Below are positions 51,564 to 61,279 of a DNA stretch of 64,000 nucleotides, in pieces. Both the position numbers and the translations under genes were made by a program. Numbering within the stretch: position 1 is the first letter of the stretch; every line of letters starts with the position of its first letter. The stretch is from Abditibacteriaceae bacterium (GTDB taxonomy: Bacteria > Armatimonadota > Abditibacteriia > Abditibacteriales > Abditibacteriaceae), in NCBI GenBank assembly GCA_965277285.1, contig OZ255721.1:1024001-1088000 (forward strand). Reading direction: 5' to 3'. The notes beneath the pieces are model-generated. The model worked only from the letters and a program-made list of their open reading frames with translations, ran no database searches and was not told the origin of the DNA.

Positions 51564-51787
51564 TTTACGACTCGACGTACAAGTATTCAAACCTTATACG
51601 TCACAAAGCCCAACACATCGCCAACCATCTCAACACCCTGACGCCCGACGAACGCGCCCTCGTCCTGCACAAAGCCCAGATAAAATGAGGTGACCTCGCA
51701 GAACGAGAAACGGACAATGAACCAGGACGATTGACCTGCGTAATCGAAAGCGGAGCGTTTTGGTAAAACTGGGGATCGAGGCGAAAA

Positions 51788-52216
51788 ATGCAAATCGATC
51801 CCAAATACAAGTTGCCGCGCAAAAACTTGACGGGAACACACTATCATCAGTTGGAGGTCGTCGGGTTCGTGGACACGGTGCGCGAAGGCGGATCCGTCGT
51901 CAGCCGATGGCTTTGCCGTTGCGATTGCGGACAGGAAGTCATTGCCTTACGCCGCCAGGTCTCGCCGCGCGGCTCGTGCATTCGCTGGTGGGCTTGTCCC
52001 GGCTGCATGGCGAAAACGTGCGACATTTGCGACGATAAGTTTTCGCACAACCGCGCGACCCAACATTGCACCAAGCCAGAATGCAAAACCAGGTGGGACT
52101 CCCGCCGGTCCGCAAAAATGGGCGCTGAACGTCAAAAGCGATGGAGAGAACGACACTCGAAAAGCGCGCCGGTGAGATCGGAGCCATCGAGCCGATGTGA
52201 CCAACCCATTTATTGA
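51788..52216 (+). CDS. phage-type Cys-rich protein (N-terminal domain seen in AP2/HNH phage proteins)
   Basis: NLTG.....LEVV...WLCRCDCG motif plus further CxxC pairs. Confidence 0.55.
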   Translation: MQIDPKYKLPRKNLTGTHYHQLEVVGFVDTVREGGSVVSRWLCRCDCGQEVIALRRQVSPRGSCIRWWACPGCMAKTCDICDDKFSHNRATQHCTKPECKTRWDSRRSAKMGAERQKRWRERHSKSAPVRSEPSSRCDQPIY

Positions 52217-52224
52217 GAAGACCT

Positions 52225-52605
52225 ATGTTATGTTTTGAGATCTACATCAACGGCAAAAAGATTTGCACTGCTGGTCCACCTGAACATGGAAGTTTTTCCA
52301 CCACTGTTTCTTGGCACAATCGTATGCAAGCGGAAGGCGAGGTCGTCAATGATAGTCACAATGGCGAGATTTATGCGACAGGGTATGAAGACCATGACCC
52401 GTGGCAAGGGAAACACCTTAAGTGGTTTGCAGAGTGCGCGAATTGGACTCTTGGTGACGAGATAGTGATCAAAGTTGTTGAATCCGATTCTCCTGATCCG
52501 GCGGAACCTTGGGTGGTCGGGTTCACGCCTGAACAAGAGAAACAGGCCAGAGAGTTTCGGCGCCGAAACTACGAAAAGCTCAAACATGAGTTTGAAAGTG
52601 ACTAA
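52225..52605 (+). CDS. hypothetical protein
   Basis: MLCFEIYINGKKICTAG...GDEIVIKVVE. Confidence 0.6.
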   Translation: MLCFEIYINGKKICTAGPPEHGSFSTTVSWHNRMQAEGEVVNDSHNGEIYATGYEDHDPWQGKHLKWFAECANWTLGDEIVIKVVESDSPDPAEPWVVGFTPEQEKQAREFRRRNYEKLKHEFESD

Positions 52606-52635
52606 GCGCCACCAAGCACAATATTGCTCTTTGAA

Positions 52636-52663
52636 ACACAACAGCGAGTACTCGCTGTTGTGT
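52636..52663. repeat. island palindrome (single-core form)
   Basis: ACACAACAGCGAGTACTCGCTGTTGTGT, 28-bp perfect palindrome. Confidence 0.85.
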
Positions 52664-53115
52664 CGTTTTGCCCACGAGCCCAGTCAACTTCAACGCCTCT
52701 CCTTCTCTAATAAAAAGCCAGCCCGCAAACCGAATCGCTTTATAACCCATAAGCGATGTTTGAAATTACCTTTACGCGGGTATAATACGGTGACCCCTAT
52801 TTTGTAAAGAAACGTGAAGCAGGTAGCGACACGAGTCACCGATTTGAAGAAATAACGGTGAAGGCCGCTGCAAGTAGCTGTCTTATCCAGCTTTCGTTTC
52901 ACGTCGGAGGAGGTGTAGGAAACGCGTCCGTGCAGATGCTCTTTTGCACTTGTCCCACATTCGCCCCACCCGCAGACACGCTGTGGATATACGCCACACC
53001 TGTCTACTTGCTGCTCACGCTGCTCGGTGGACACGTTTGAGCGTGCTTTCAATGCGAATGCCAGTAACATCGTTGCTAAACGTTGCCATTTACAATTCGA
53101 ACCAAGGAGTTCACA

Positions 53116-55425
53116 GTGCCATTTTCCACGAGTGTAAAACGCTTATCCTCCAAGCTTTTCAAGTCAAGTTGCACGTTGGCGGTCGCTGCAATTGCTTTGT
53201 CTGCTCATGCAGCTCATGCCGGAACCTGGACGCCAGTCAGTAACCTCGCGCCCGGTGGAATCAATCTCCTGATCCTGCTTTCCGATGGCACTGTCATGGC
53301 GCAGAATGGTGGCAGCGCGGGTTGGTACAAGCTCACGCCGAACAGCCAGGGCAGTTATGTCAACGGTTCATGGTCCACTCTCGCTTCCATGAACGACACA
53401 CGCCTCTACGGTTCGTCAGGTCTTATGCCCGATGGACACCTGTTCTATGCCGGTGCCGAGTACGGCACGGGTCGGACGACTTCCGAGGTCTATGACCCCA
53501 CTGCCAACACTTGGATGAGAACGCCTTCGGCGGGCCAGGATTTTTACGATTCGGTCTCCACGATCTTGCCCAATGGCAACGTCATGGTCGGGCCGGTGTT
53601 CCCCAGTGTTTCCGGCGGCACCGTGATTTATAGCTGGTCCACCAATACCTGGTCACAAGGGCCGACTTATGTGCGCGGAACCTACCAGGACGAAGCCAGC
53701 TGGCTCAAGCTGCCTGACGACAGTGTTTTGACAATTGATCCTTTCGGCCAGAATTCGGAGCGTTATATCCCATCGCTGAACCGTTGGGTCGATGACGCGA
53801 TGGTGCCGACATCCATGTACGATGGCAATGGCGAACTGGGAGCGGCCGTGCTACTTCCTAACGGCAAGGCTTTGTTCCTGGGAGGTACAGGACACACGGC
53901 GCTTTACACACCAAGTGGCAATACTAACCCTGGTACTTGGGCCGCCGGGCCGAATATGCCAGCCGGACTGGGAACTTCCGATGCCCCAGCGGCGATGATG
54001 GTCAACGGATCGGTTATCATTGCTATGGGTCCCGTCGGCACCTTGAACGGCCCGACGAGCTTCGCCGAGTATGATCCTAACGCCAATGCGTTCACGCAAA
54101 TCTCTGGACCCACCGGGCAAACAGATGGTGGGCAACCATTTGGTAGTCGCTTCTTGGATCTTCCCGACGGCAGCGTTCTGTACTCCAACGGCGGCAATAG
54201 GCTTTACACGTACCGTCCAAATGGTGGCCCGCTCGCATCGGGTAAGCCAAAGATCACAAACGTGGCGCATAACGCTGATGGCTCCTATCAAATTAGCGGG
54301 ATGCTATTGATGGGAATCTCCGAAGGCGCGGAGTACGGCGATGACGCTCAGATGGCGAGCAACTACCCGATCGTGCGTTTCACGGCGCCAAACGGCAACG
54401 TGTATTTTGGGCAGACAACACATTGGAACACAACAGGAGTGATGAAGGGCGGCGCAATCCAGAGTGCTCGATTCACGGCACCAACGGGGCTACCAGCAGG
54501 CTCATACTCACTGCAGGTGATAACCAATGGCATTGCCTCAGACCCCATTCCCTTCCCATCGTCCGAAGCATACTTCATGATCGTCAATCAAAACAGCGGT
54601 AAATCGCTTGACTTGATCGGTGGCAATACCGCGAACGGCGCAAACGTCAATCAGTGGACCTCCGATTATAACGGCCCCAACCAACGCTGGGCTTTGCAGC
54701 CGACAGAAAACGGCGACCACTTCAAACTCGTTTCCTGGGTGAGTGGAAAAGCGATGTCCATATCTGGTGATTCCACGAACACCGGCGCACAGTTAACTGA
54801 CTGGGATTACGCTGGTAACGATCCCAGCCAGCAGTGGGACTTGGTGGATGTGGGTAACGGCTGGTATAACATTCGTAATGTGCGCAGCGGACTGTATCTG
54901 GATGTCTCTTACGCCAACACCGCCGATAACGGAACCGTCTGGCAGTGGAGTTCCAACAACGGTGGCGCTAACCAAAAATGGCGTTTGCAACCGTGGGGCA
55001 ACTACTTCGTGCGCGCCGATAGCGGCAAGTACATCTGCGTTCAAAGTGCAGGCAGCAGCAACGGCAGCCCCATCATCCAATACATTCAAGAAAACAATCC
55101 GTGGTTCAAGTGGCAATTCGCCAGCGAAGGCGATGGTTTTTATGGTTTGTTCAGCCTCAATGCAACAAACCGCGTGCTGTGTGTCCAGAATGGCTCTTCG
55201 GCTGTCGGTTACGGCACGCACTTGTGGGACTACAATCCCAACAACGTCGGCGACCAGAAGATCCGCATTGCTCCCTTGACTAATGGCAAGTTCAAGTTCT
55301 ACTTTGGGCATGACGGCATGAGCTGGGACATCCCTGGCGGCAACACGGCCAACAACGTTCCGCTTCAACAATATCCTGACAATGGTTACTCCTGGCAGCA
55401 GTTCAGCCTTGAACGCGCGCAATAA
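53116..55425 (+). CDS. secreted kelch/galactose-oxidase-like beta-propeller with tandem ricin-B lectin domains
   Basis: LL.DG.V and YDP..N.W repeats, GDDAQMASNYP.V; QxW repeats; AAGGAG before GTG 53116. Confidence 0.78.
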   Translation: MPFSTSVKRLSSKLFKSSCTLAVAAIALSAHAAHAGTWTPVSNLAPGGINLLILLSDGTVMAQNGGSAGWYKLTPNSQGSYVNGSWSTLASMNDTRLYGSSGLMPDGHLFYAGAEYGTGRTTSEVYDPTANTWMRTPSAGQDFYDSVSTILPNGNVMVGPVFPSVSGGTVIYSWSTNTWSQGPTYVRGTYQDEASWLKLPDDSVLTIDPFGQNSERYIPSLNRWVDDAMVPTSMYDGNGELGAAVLLPNGKALFLGGTGHTALYTPSGNTNPGTWAAGPNMPAGLGTSDAPAAMMVNGSVIIAMGPVGTLNGPTSFAEYDPNANAFTQISGPTGQTDGGQPFGSRFLDLPDGSVLYSNGGNRLYTYRPNGGPLASGKPKITNVAHNADGSYQISGMLLMGISEGAEYGDDAQMASNYPIVRFTAPNGNVYFGQTTHWNTTGVMKGGAIQSARFTAPTGLPAGSYSLQVITNGIASDPIPFPSSEAYFMIVNQNSGKSLDLIGGNTANGANVNQWTSDYNGPNQRWALQPTENGDHFKLVSWVSGKAMSISGDSTNTGAQLTDWDYAGNDPSQQWDLVDVGNGWYNIRNVRSGLYLDVSYANTADNGTVWQWSSNNGGANQKWRLQPWGNYFVRADSGKYICVQSAGSSNGSPIIQYIQENNPWFKWQFASEGDGFYGLFSLNATNRVLCVQNGSSAVGYGTHLWDYNPNNVGDQKIRIAPLTNGKFKFYFGHDGMSWDIPGGNTANNVPLQQYPDNGYSWQQFSLERAQ

Positions 55426-55463
55426 CGTGCAACTGCATTCGTGACACATGGCGTGACGCCATA

Positions 55464-55503
55464 CGAAGAGCCGCTAATCGAGTACTCGATTAGCGGCTCT
55501 TCG
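55464..55503. terminator. 40-bp perfect palindrome centred on the iterated motif
   Basis: CGAAGAGCCGCTAATCGAGTACTCGATTAGCGGCTCTTCG downstream of the stop codon. Confidence 0.6.
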
Positions 55504-55581
55504 GCTTTAGTTTATGTGGGTTGTTCGTCCCGTCGGTATAGAAAGAACGCGCCGACAAGTGCATTATTTGCTTAAAACACA

Positions 55582-55618
55582 ACACCAGCGAGTACTCCAA
55601 TCGAGTACTCGCTGGTGT
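55582..55618. repeat. island doublet hairpin
   Basis: ACACCAGCGAGTACTC-caatc-GAGTACTCGCTGGTGT. Confidence 0.85.
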
Positions 55619-55864
55619 GCCTGTTGCTCTGGTGGCAGGACTTGCTTGACAATTTGTTCCAAAGCAATCATCATAGCCCCATCCATTTGTAAGGACGAAG
55701 AGATGGGCTGGCATTCACTGAGATTGTGCCTCCCGAATCGGAGCCATCGTTGCTTGCGGCCGTTGCTCACTGTGGCCGTTGCCGAACGGAGCCATTGTCG
55801 CTCGTTCACATCGCCGCGTCGACACATCACCGTGTCTTATGCTGTGTCTTAACAAGGAGAAAAT

Positions 55865-57646
55865 ATGAAACGGATCGCACGTGGAACTCTCACTCTGCTA
55901 CTCGCGCTACTGTTACTTGCGGTGCAGCCCCTCGGCGCCAGCGCCGCCGGCAACAACTGGATGAACGGACTTGACGGCAATTTGCCGTTGTCGCAATTCT
56001 CTATTCCCGGCACGCACGACTCGGGCGCTTTGTACGAACCGGCCTCAGGCACGGCCAAGTGCCAGAACCTGAGCCTGGGCGATCAGCTAAATGCGGGTGT
56101 CCGCGTCCTGGACATTCGCTGCCGTCACGTCAACGACGCCTTCGTTATCCACCACGGACAGGTTTACCAAAACGCCAACTTCGACGACGTTTTGAATGCG
56201 ACTTTCGCTTTCCTGAACGGCAATCCCAGTGAGACCGTGATCATGAGCGTGAAAGAAGAGTACACGCCGTCCGGCGATACGCGCACGTTCGAGCAAACGT
56301 TTGATGCGTATGTCGCCAAGAACCCGAGCAAGTGGTATCTCGGCTCGGGTATTCCGACTTTGAGCCAGGTGCGCGGAAAGATCGTTCTGTTCCGTCGCTT
56401 CGGCGCCAGCGCCCTACCCAAGGGCATTGATGCCTCGAATTGGCCGGACAACACGACGTTTCAAACCGGCAACTACTTGCGCGCTCAGGACAATTATAAC
56501 GTTTCCAACAACGACACCAAGTGGAGCCAGATTCTGGCGATCTTCAACGAAGCACATTACGGCGGTCCCAATACCCTGTATATAAATTTCGCCAGCGGCG
56601 TGCAAAGCGGCGTTTTTGGAATACCGAACATTCCCGCCGTTTCCAACAACATCAACCCGCGCCTGGGCAGCTTCTTCAGCAATAACAAGAGCGGCAAATA
56701 CGGCGTCGTGCTGATGGATTTTGCCGACGCCGCCAAGTGCTCCCTGATCTACAATACCAGCTTCCCCAATGACGGGCCGCCCTCCAGCACGCCGCTTTTT
56801 ATGATCGTCAACAAAAACAGCGGCATGGCGCTGGACATGATCAGCGGCGACAGCGCGAACGGCGCGCGCATCAACCAGTGGAGCTTCGACGCCAATGGGC
56901 CGAACCAACGTTGGTCGCTGGCTCCCACCGAAGGCTCCAACCATTTCCGCATCGCCTCCTACGCCACCGGCAAGTGCGCCTGCATCCAGCAGGACTCGAC
57001 GAGTCCGGGCGCGCAGTTGTACGCCTGGGATTACACCGGCAACAATCCGGCACAGCAGTTCGACCTCGTCGACGTTGGCGGTGGCTACTTCAAGATCCAG
57101 AACGTGAAGAGCGGATTGATTCTGGAAGTCGCCAACGGGGCGGCGACCAATGACGCCAAGGTGCAACAAAACTCCGACACGGGCGGGGCCAATCAATTGT
57201 GGCGTTTGCAGCCGTGGGGCGATTACTACGTGCGAACATCGGTTGGCAAGTACGTGTGTGTGCAGGGTGCCAGCGGCGCCAACAACGCGCCCGTCATCCA
57301 GTACAGTTGGGAAGCCAACCCGTGGTTCAAGTGGCGCTTTGAAAGCGTGGGTGGCGCCGATCTGAAAGTCTCCAGCCTGATGGCGCTGACGCGGGCGATC
57401 TCTGTCGTGAATGGCTCCTCAGTCGCGGGCGCCAACACCGAGATTCTAGATTACAACGCGGCCAACACGGGCTACCAGAAAGTGCAAATCGTCCCGCTGA
57501 CGAACGGATTGAACAAATTTTACTTCGTGCATAACGACATGAGTTGGGATATTCCTGGCGGCAATCCGTCCAACAACGTCAATTTGCAGCAGTATTTCGA
57601 CAATACCAATGCGCAGCAGCAGTTCCGGCTGGAGCGCGTTCAGTAG
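55865..57646 (+). CDS. secreted phosphatidylinositol-specific phospholipase C with tandem ricin-B lectin domains
   Basis: SIPGTHDS, QLNAGVRVLDIR, IHHG, PSETVIMSVK.E, VRGKIV, MDF; AAGGAG RBS. Confidence 0.88.
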   Translation: MKRIARGTLTLLLALLLLAVQPLGASAAGNNWMNGLDGNLPLSQFSIPGTHDSGALYEPASGTAKCQNLSLGDQLNAGVRVLDIRCRHVNDAFVIHHGQVYQNANFDDVLNATFAFLNGNPSETVIMSVKEEYTPSGDTRTFEQTFDAYVAKNPSKWYLGSGIPTLSQVRGKIVLFRRFGASALPKGIDASNWPDNTTFQTGNYLRAQDNYNVSNNDTKWSQILAIFNEAHYGGPNTLYINFASGVQSGVFGIPNIPAVSNNINPRLGSFFSNNKSGKYGVVLMDFADAAKCSLIYNTSFPNDGPPSSTPLFMIVNKNSGMALDMISGDSANGARINQWSFDANGPNQRWSLAPTEGSNHFRIASYATGKCACIQQDSTSPGAQLYAWDYTGNNPAQQFDLVDVGGGYFKIQNVKSGLILEVANGAATNDAKVQQNSDTGGANQLWRLQPWGDYYVRTSVGKYVCVQGASGANNAPVIQYSWEANPWFKWRFESVGGADLKVSSLMALTRAISVVNGSSVAGANTEILDYNAANTGYQKVQIVPLTNGLNKFYFVHNDMSWDIPGGNPSNNVNLQQYFDNTNAQQQFRLERVQ

Positions 57647-57661
57647 TCTGCAGATTGCTTG

Positions 57662-57712
57662 ACGAAACAAACCAGCGAGTACTCCAATCGAGTACTCGCT
57701 GGTTTGTTTCGT
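57662..57712. repeat. island doublet hairpin
   Basis: ACGAAACAAACCAGCGAGTACTC-caatc-GAGTACTCGCTGGTTTGTTTCGT. Confidence 0.85.
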
Positions 57713-57973
57713 TTCAAATATCCGACAAAACTTGCCCCGAGATGATGACCTGTATACTACCATTAGATGATGTTTTAGGAACATAGAATTAAAGAATGTT
57801 TGCGGTAAAACCCGCTTCTGGCGTACTTATGCCGCATGTCAAAATAACGAAAAAACGAGCAAATCCGCGATTTCATAGCATGTTTAGACGGCTAAACTGG
57901 AAGTTGCGGTATAAACAGATGTTCTGCTGCGGCGCGCGGCGAAACGGGAGCCGATGAACATATACTTCTGGAA

Positions 57974-58936
57974 ATGAGATATGCCCACTTAAAGCAAATT
58001 GATAGCGAACATTTGGCTGCTGAGGCAGTGCGTCTCTGGGCAAGGGAGCCTTCTTCTTTAGCTCATGTGCAAAATAGCGAAAACTTCATCTACCGCTTTC
58101 GTATGGGCAAACGAACACACTGGTATTACTTGTATTACTTGAGATTGACGCATGGGGAGCATCGTAGCTATGAACAGATTCTTGCCGAGTTGCATTTTGT
58201 CCTTCATTTGAAACGACTGGGATGCTGTGTAAGTTCTCCCATCTCGTCTCTAAAGGGTAGCCTTGTTGAGCCTCTTGTTCACAGCCAAACGCGGCTGCAC
58301 GCTTGTGTCTTCGAGGCTGCGCCAGGAGCGCGTGTCGAGGGGGACTTCGCGGCGTGGGAGCAAAGTCTTTTTCAAGAATGGGGTCAAGCCCTCGGCACAA
58401 TCCACGCCTTATCGAAGGGATTCCACCCTTCGGGGATAAGAAGATTACGCTGGAACGAAGATGATGTCCTACTCAACGCGCGAAATTATATCCCCGTTCA
58501 AGAAACCGCAGCTCGCGAAGAACTGGAACGGGTGTTAGTCTGGCTTGCAACTCTGCCTGAAAATGCGGAACGGTTTGGGCTGATTCATGGTGATTTGTGT
58601 TGCGCAAACTTTCATTACGACGGCCAGCGCATCACCTCATTCGACTTCGACGATAGCGCTTACCACTGGTTCGTCTATGACATAGTCTGCGCTCTGGCTC
58701 CAATGGCTTTTCATCCGCACAGACGCCTCTACCGGCAATAGATAATCGAAGGGTATCAACGTGTCAATTCACTTCCAGAAACGTGGCAGCAAGAGTTTGA
58801 TTGGTTCTTACAGCTGCGTGGTCTTTACTTGTTCATTCTGAATCTGAGAGATTGGGAAGGGCCGATGGCAGAGCACCCCAAGAGCAACCTCCTCAACATT
58901 CTTCGTCATTCGTTTGAGCAACCAGGAGGCTGGTAA
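57974..58936 (+). pseudogene. APH/homoserine kinase type II-like phosphotransferase with in-frame TAG (58739-58741)
   Basis: LIHGDL..AN and FDFDD motifs; frame continues IIEGYQRV... to TAA 58936. Confidence 0.75.
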
Positions 58937-59318
58937 AAGCGGTGTTCTAACATGAGGACATCGGCACAACAAGGCGCTGCGCCCGACCACCCACAGTCTG
59001 CTCTCGTTTCTCATAATGACGTTTTAGGCGTTAAGTCAAGTATGTTATTGCCTTTTTCAGTGTGGTTTAAACGGCATTATCACTGCCGCTGTTTTCCTCA
59101 GTTGCTTTGAATCTCGAAATGATTGAACGCTACTTTGAAAAAGCGGGAACAATGAGTCGGAATGCGGTGTTGCAATAGAGGAGACAGAAATCACCTATTT
59201 CAAAGGCGAGCCGGCGCCGATGTTCTACCGCTCCAAGGAGACTCTACCGCCACTTAACTATTAACCCCCTGCCACAATGAAACGCGACTTGCACCCTGAA
59301 CTGTTTGGTAACGCATAT

Positions 59319-59687
59319 ATGAAAACCTCAATCACGCATGAATCAGCCCTTGAACCAGAAGGATTGGCTCGGTTTTTTGTGCAAAGAGCCAACGCCGGTG
59401 ACGTTGAAGGGCTTGTCGCTTTGTATGAACCCGATGCGGTTCTTGCTTATGGTGATGGGCAAACAGCGATTGGCACCGAAGCAATCCGCCGCTTTTACTC
59501 CGACTTGCTGGTCACTCGAACTTCATTCGATGAAGGCGAACAATCACCTCCCTTACGAAATGGCGACCTGGCTTTAACTTCGTCACGTCTTTCCAACGGA
59601 AGAGTGACAGCGGAAATCGCGCGACGGCAACCCAACGGAACATGGCTTTGGTCAGTCGATCAACCGGCCATCAATACACCATCTTGA
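59319..59687 (+). CDS. SnoaL-like/YybH (DUF4440) family protein
   Basis: NAGDVEGLVALYEPDA, EIARRQPNGTW...DQP. Confidence 0.8.
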   Translation: MKTSITHESALEPEGLARFFVQRANAGDVEGLVALYEPDAVLAYGDGQTAIGTEAIRRFYSDLLVTRTSFDEGEQSPPLRNGDLALTSSRLSNGRVTAEIARRQPNGTWLWSVDQPAINTPS

Positions 59688-59887
59688 TATTTGGGATTGT
59701 GTTTCAGCAAAAATTGATAATAGCCCTACAAACGCGCCGTTGCAGGCTCACACCATTCCAGGCTTTGGAAGCAGCCTGTGAGATACATCGAGCACTGGAT
59801 TCCGCCTTTCTTTGCTTCAGTCGAATGCACCATCGCACCTCGAACTCACCCCCGCGCACAAAACTTTTTTACCCAAAGGAAACTACC

Positions 59888-61036
59888 ATGAAAAATCGCA
59901 TTTACTCCCGCTGCCTCGCCCTAGTTCTGCTGACCGGCCTTGCTTCAACTGCCGTTACTCAGGCCCAGACGGTTTCGTTGCCGCCCCAACCAGCCGCCGA
60001 CAGTTTTGGAGCCGTTTATACCGCCACGAACGGTTCCACGCGCAATGAATTGTTGGCTTATCGCCGCTTTGCCGATGGCTCACTTTCGTTTCTAGGAACG
60101 TTTTCCACTGGCGGACGAGGAAGCAGCGGGGCCATTGATCCGCTGCAATCTCAGCACTCGCTTCTGCTGAGTGCTGATCATCACTTTCTCTTCGCTGTAA
60201 ACAGTGGCAGCGGCGATATTTCTTCGTTTGCTGTTTTGCCCGGCGGTCACCTTCGCGTCATTGATAGAACGCCCAGTGGCGGCGGATTCCCTGTTTCGTT
60301 AGCCATTCACAACGATTTGCTTTATGTTCTTAATTCGGGTGGTGCGGGTAGCGTCAGCGGTTTTCGCGTGGGTCGCGCTGGTCGACTTACACCGATTCTT
60401 GGCTCAACACACTTACTTAGCGGGCCGAGCGCAGGTGGAGCATCCATCGACTTTAGCCCCGACGGAACGGTTCTGGCCGCTACGGAACGATTGGCCAACC
60501 GTGTGGATACATTCCCAATTGCACCCGATGGAACAGCGGGTGCACCTGTGCTTAACCCGTCATCCGGCAGAACTCCTTTCAGCCTGACGTTCACACCTCA
60601 GGGCACATTGATAGTGGCTGAGGCAAATGGCAATCCGCAGGGTGGGTCTGCTATCTCTTCCTATGTCGTGCGTCCTGACACAGAATTATCCGCTGTCACG
60701 ATATCGGCGCCGACCAGCTTCGCTGCCGCCTGTTGGGTTGTGTGCACTGGAAACGGTCGTTACGCTTACACCGCTGATGCGGGCAGCAACGAGATCTCGG
60801 AAGTGGCTATAGGCGACGCTGGTCAACTGAATGTCTTCGGGTCGGTTGGTACAGGAACGGGCACCGTGCCGTTGGATATGGCATTAGCTGGCAATGACCA
60901 TTTTTTGTATTCGCTTACGGCAGGGGCCGGAACGATTACGGCACTTCGCGTGGAAGCGAACGGCACGCTGACTGCGCTTGGCTCCGTCACGGCGGTGGCG
61001 CCAGCCAACGGACAGAACGGTCTGGCTGCGTATTAA
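59888..61036 (+). CDS. secreted lactonase-family 7-bladed beta-propeller
   Basis: VYTATN, TGGRGS, LFAVNSGS, AACWV; signal peptide; AAGGA RBS. Confidence 0.8.
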   Translation: MKNRIYSRCLALVLLTGLASTAVTQAQTVSLPPQPAADSFGAVYTATNGSTRNELLAYRRFADGSLSFLGTFSTGGRGSSGAIDPLQSQHSLLLSADHHFLFAVNSGSGDISSFAVLPGGHLRVIDRTPSGGGFPVSLAIHNDLLYVLNSGGAGSVSGFRVGRAGRLTPILGSTHLLSGPSAGGASIDFSPDGTVLAATERLANRVDTFPIAPDGTAGAPVLNPSSGRTPFSLTFTPQGTLIVAEANGNPQGGSAISSYVVRPDTELSAVTISAPTSFAAACWVVCTGNGRYAYTADAGSNEISEVAIGDAGQLNVFGSVGTGTGTVPLDMALAGNDHFLYSLTAGAGTITALRVEANGTLTALGSVTAVAPANGQNGLAAY

Positions 61037-61087
61037 GCATATAAACAAGAAAAGTAGAAAGCATCACCACTCAGACCAGAGAATCCA

Positions 61088-61237
61088 ATGAACGAGGAAT
61101 TGGCGAAGGCTTATGAAGAGTTACGCAACGAATTGCTCGAAGCAGAGAACACGAATCGGGACGACGAAGGCGTCGACTGGCACAGCCTTTTTGATCGGTG
61201 TCTCAAGATAAGAAACAGCGCAAAGGACGAGCAATAA
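61088..61237 (+). CDS. small hypothetical protein (49 aa)
   Basis: MNEELAKAYEELRNELLEAE...KDEQ; its stop is the left end of the hairpin. Confidence 0.35.
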   Translation: MNEELAKAYEELRNELLEAENTNRDDEGVDWHSLFDRCLKIRNSAKDEQ

Positions 61238-61279
61238 CACAACAGCGAGTACTCGATTTGAGTACTCGCTGTTGTGTTA
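61235..61279. repeat. island doublet hairpin
   Basis: TAACACAACAGCGAGTACTC-gattt-GAGTACTCGCTGTTGTGTTA. Confidence 0.85.
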
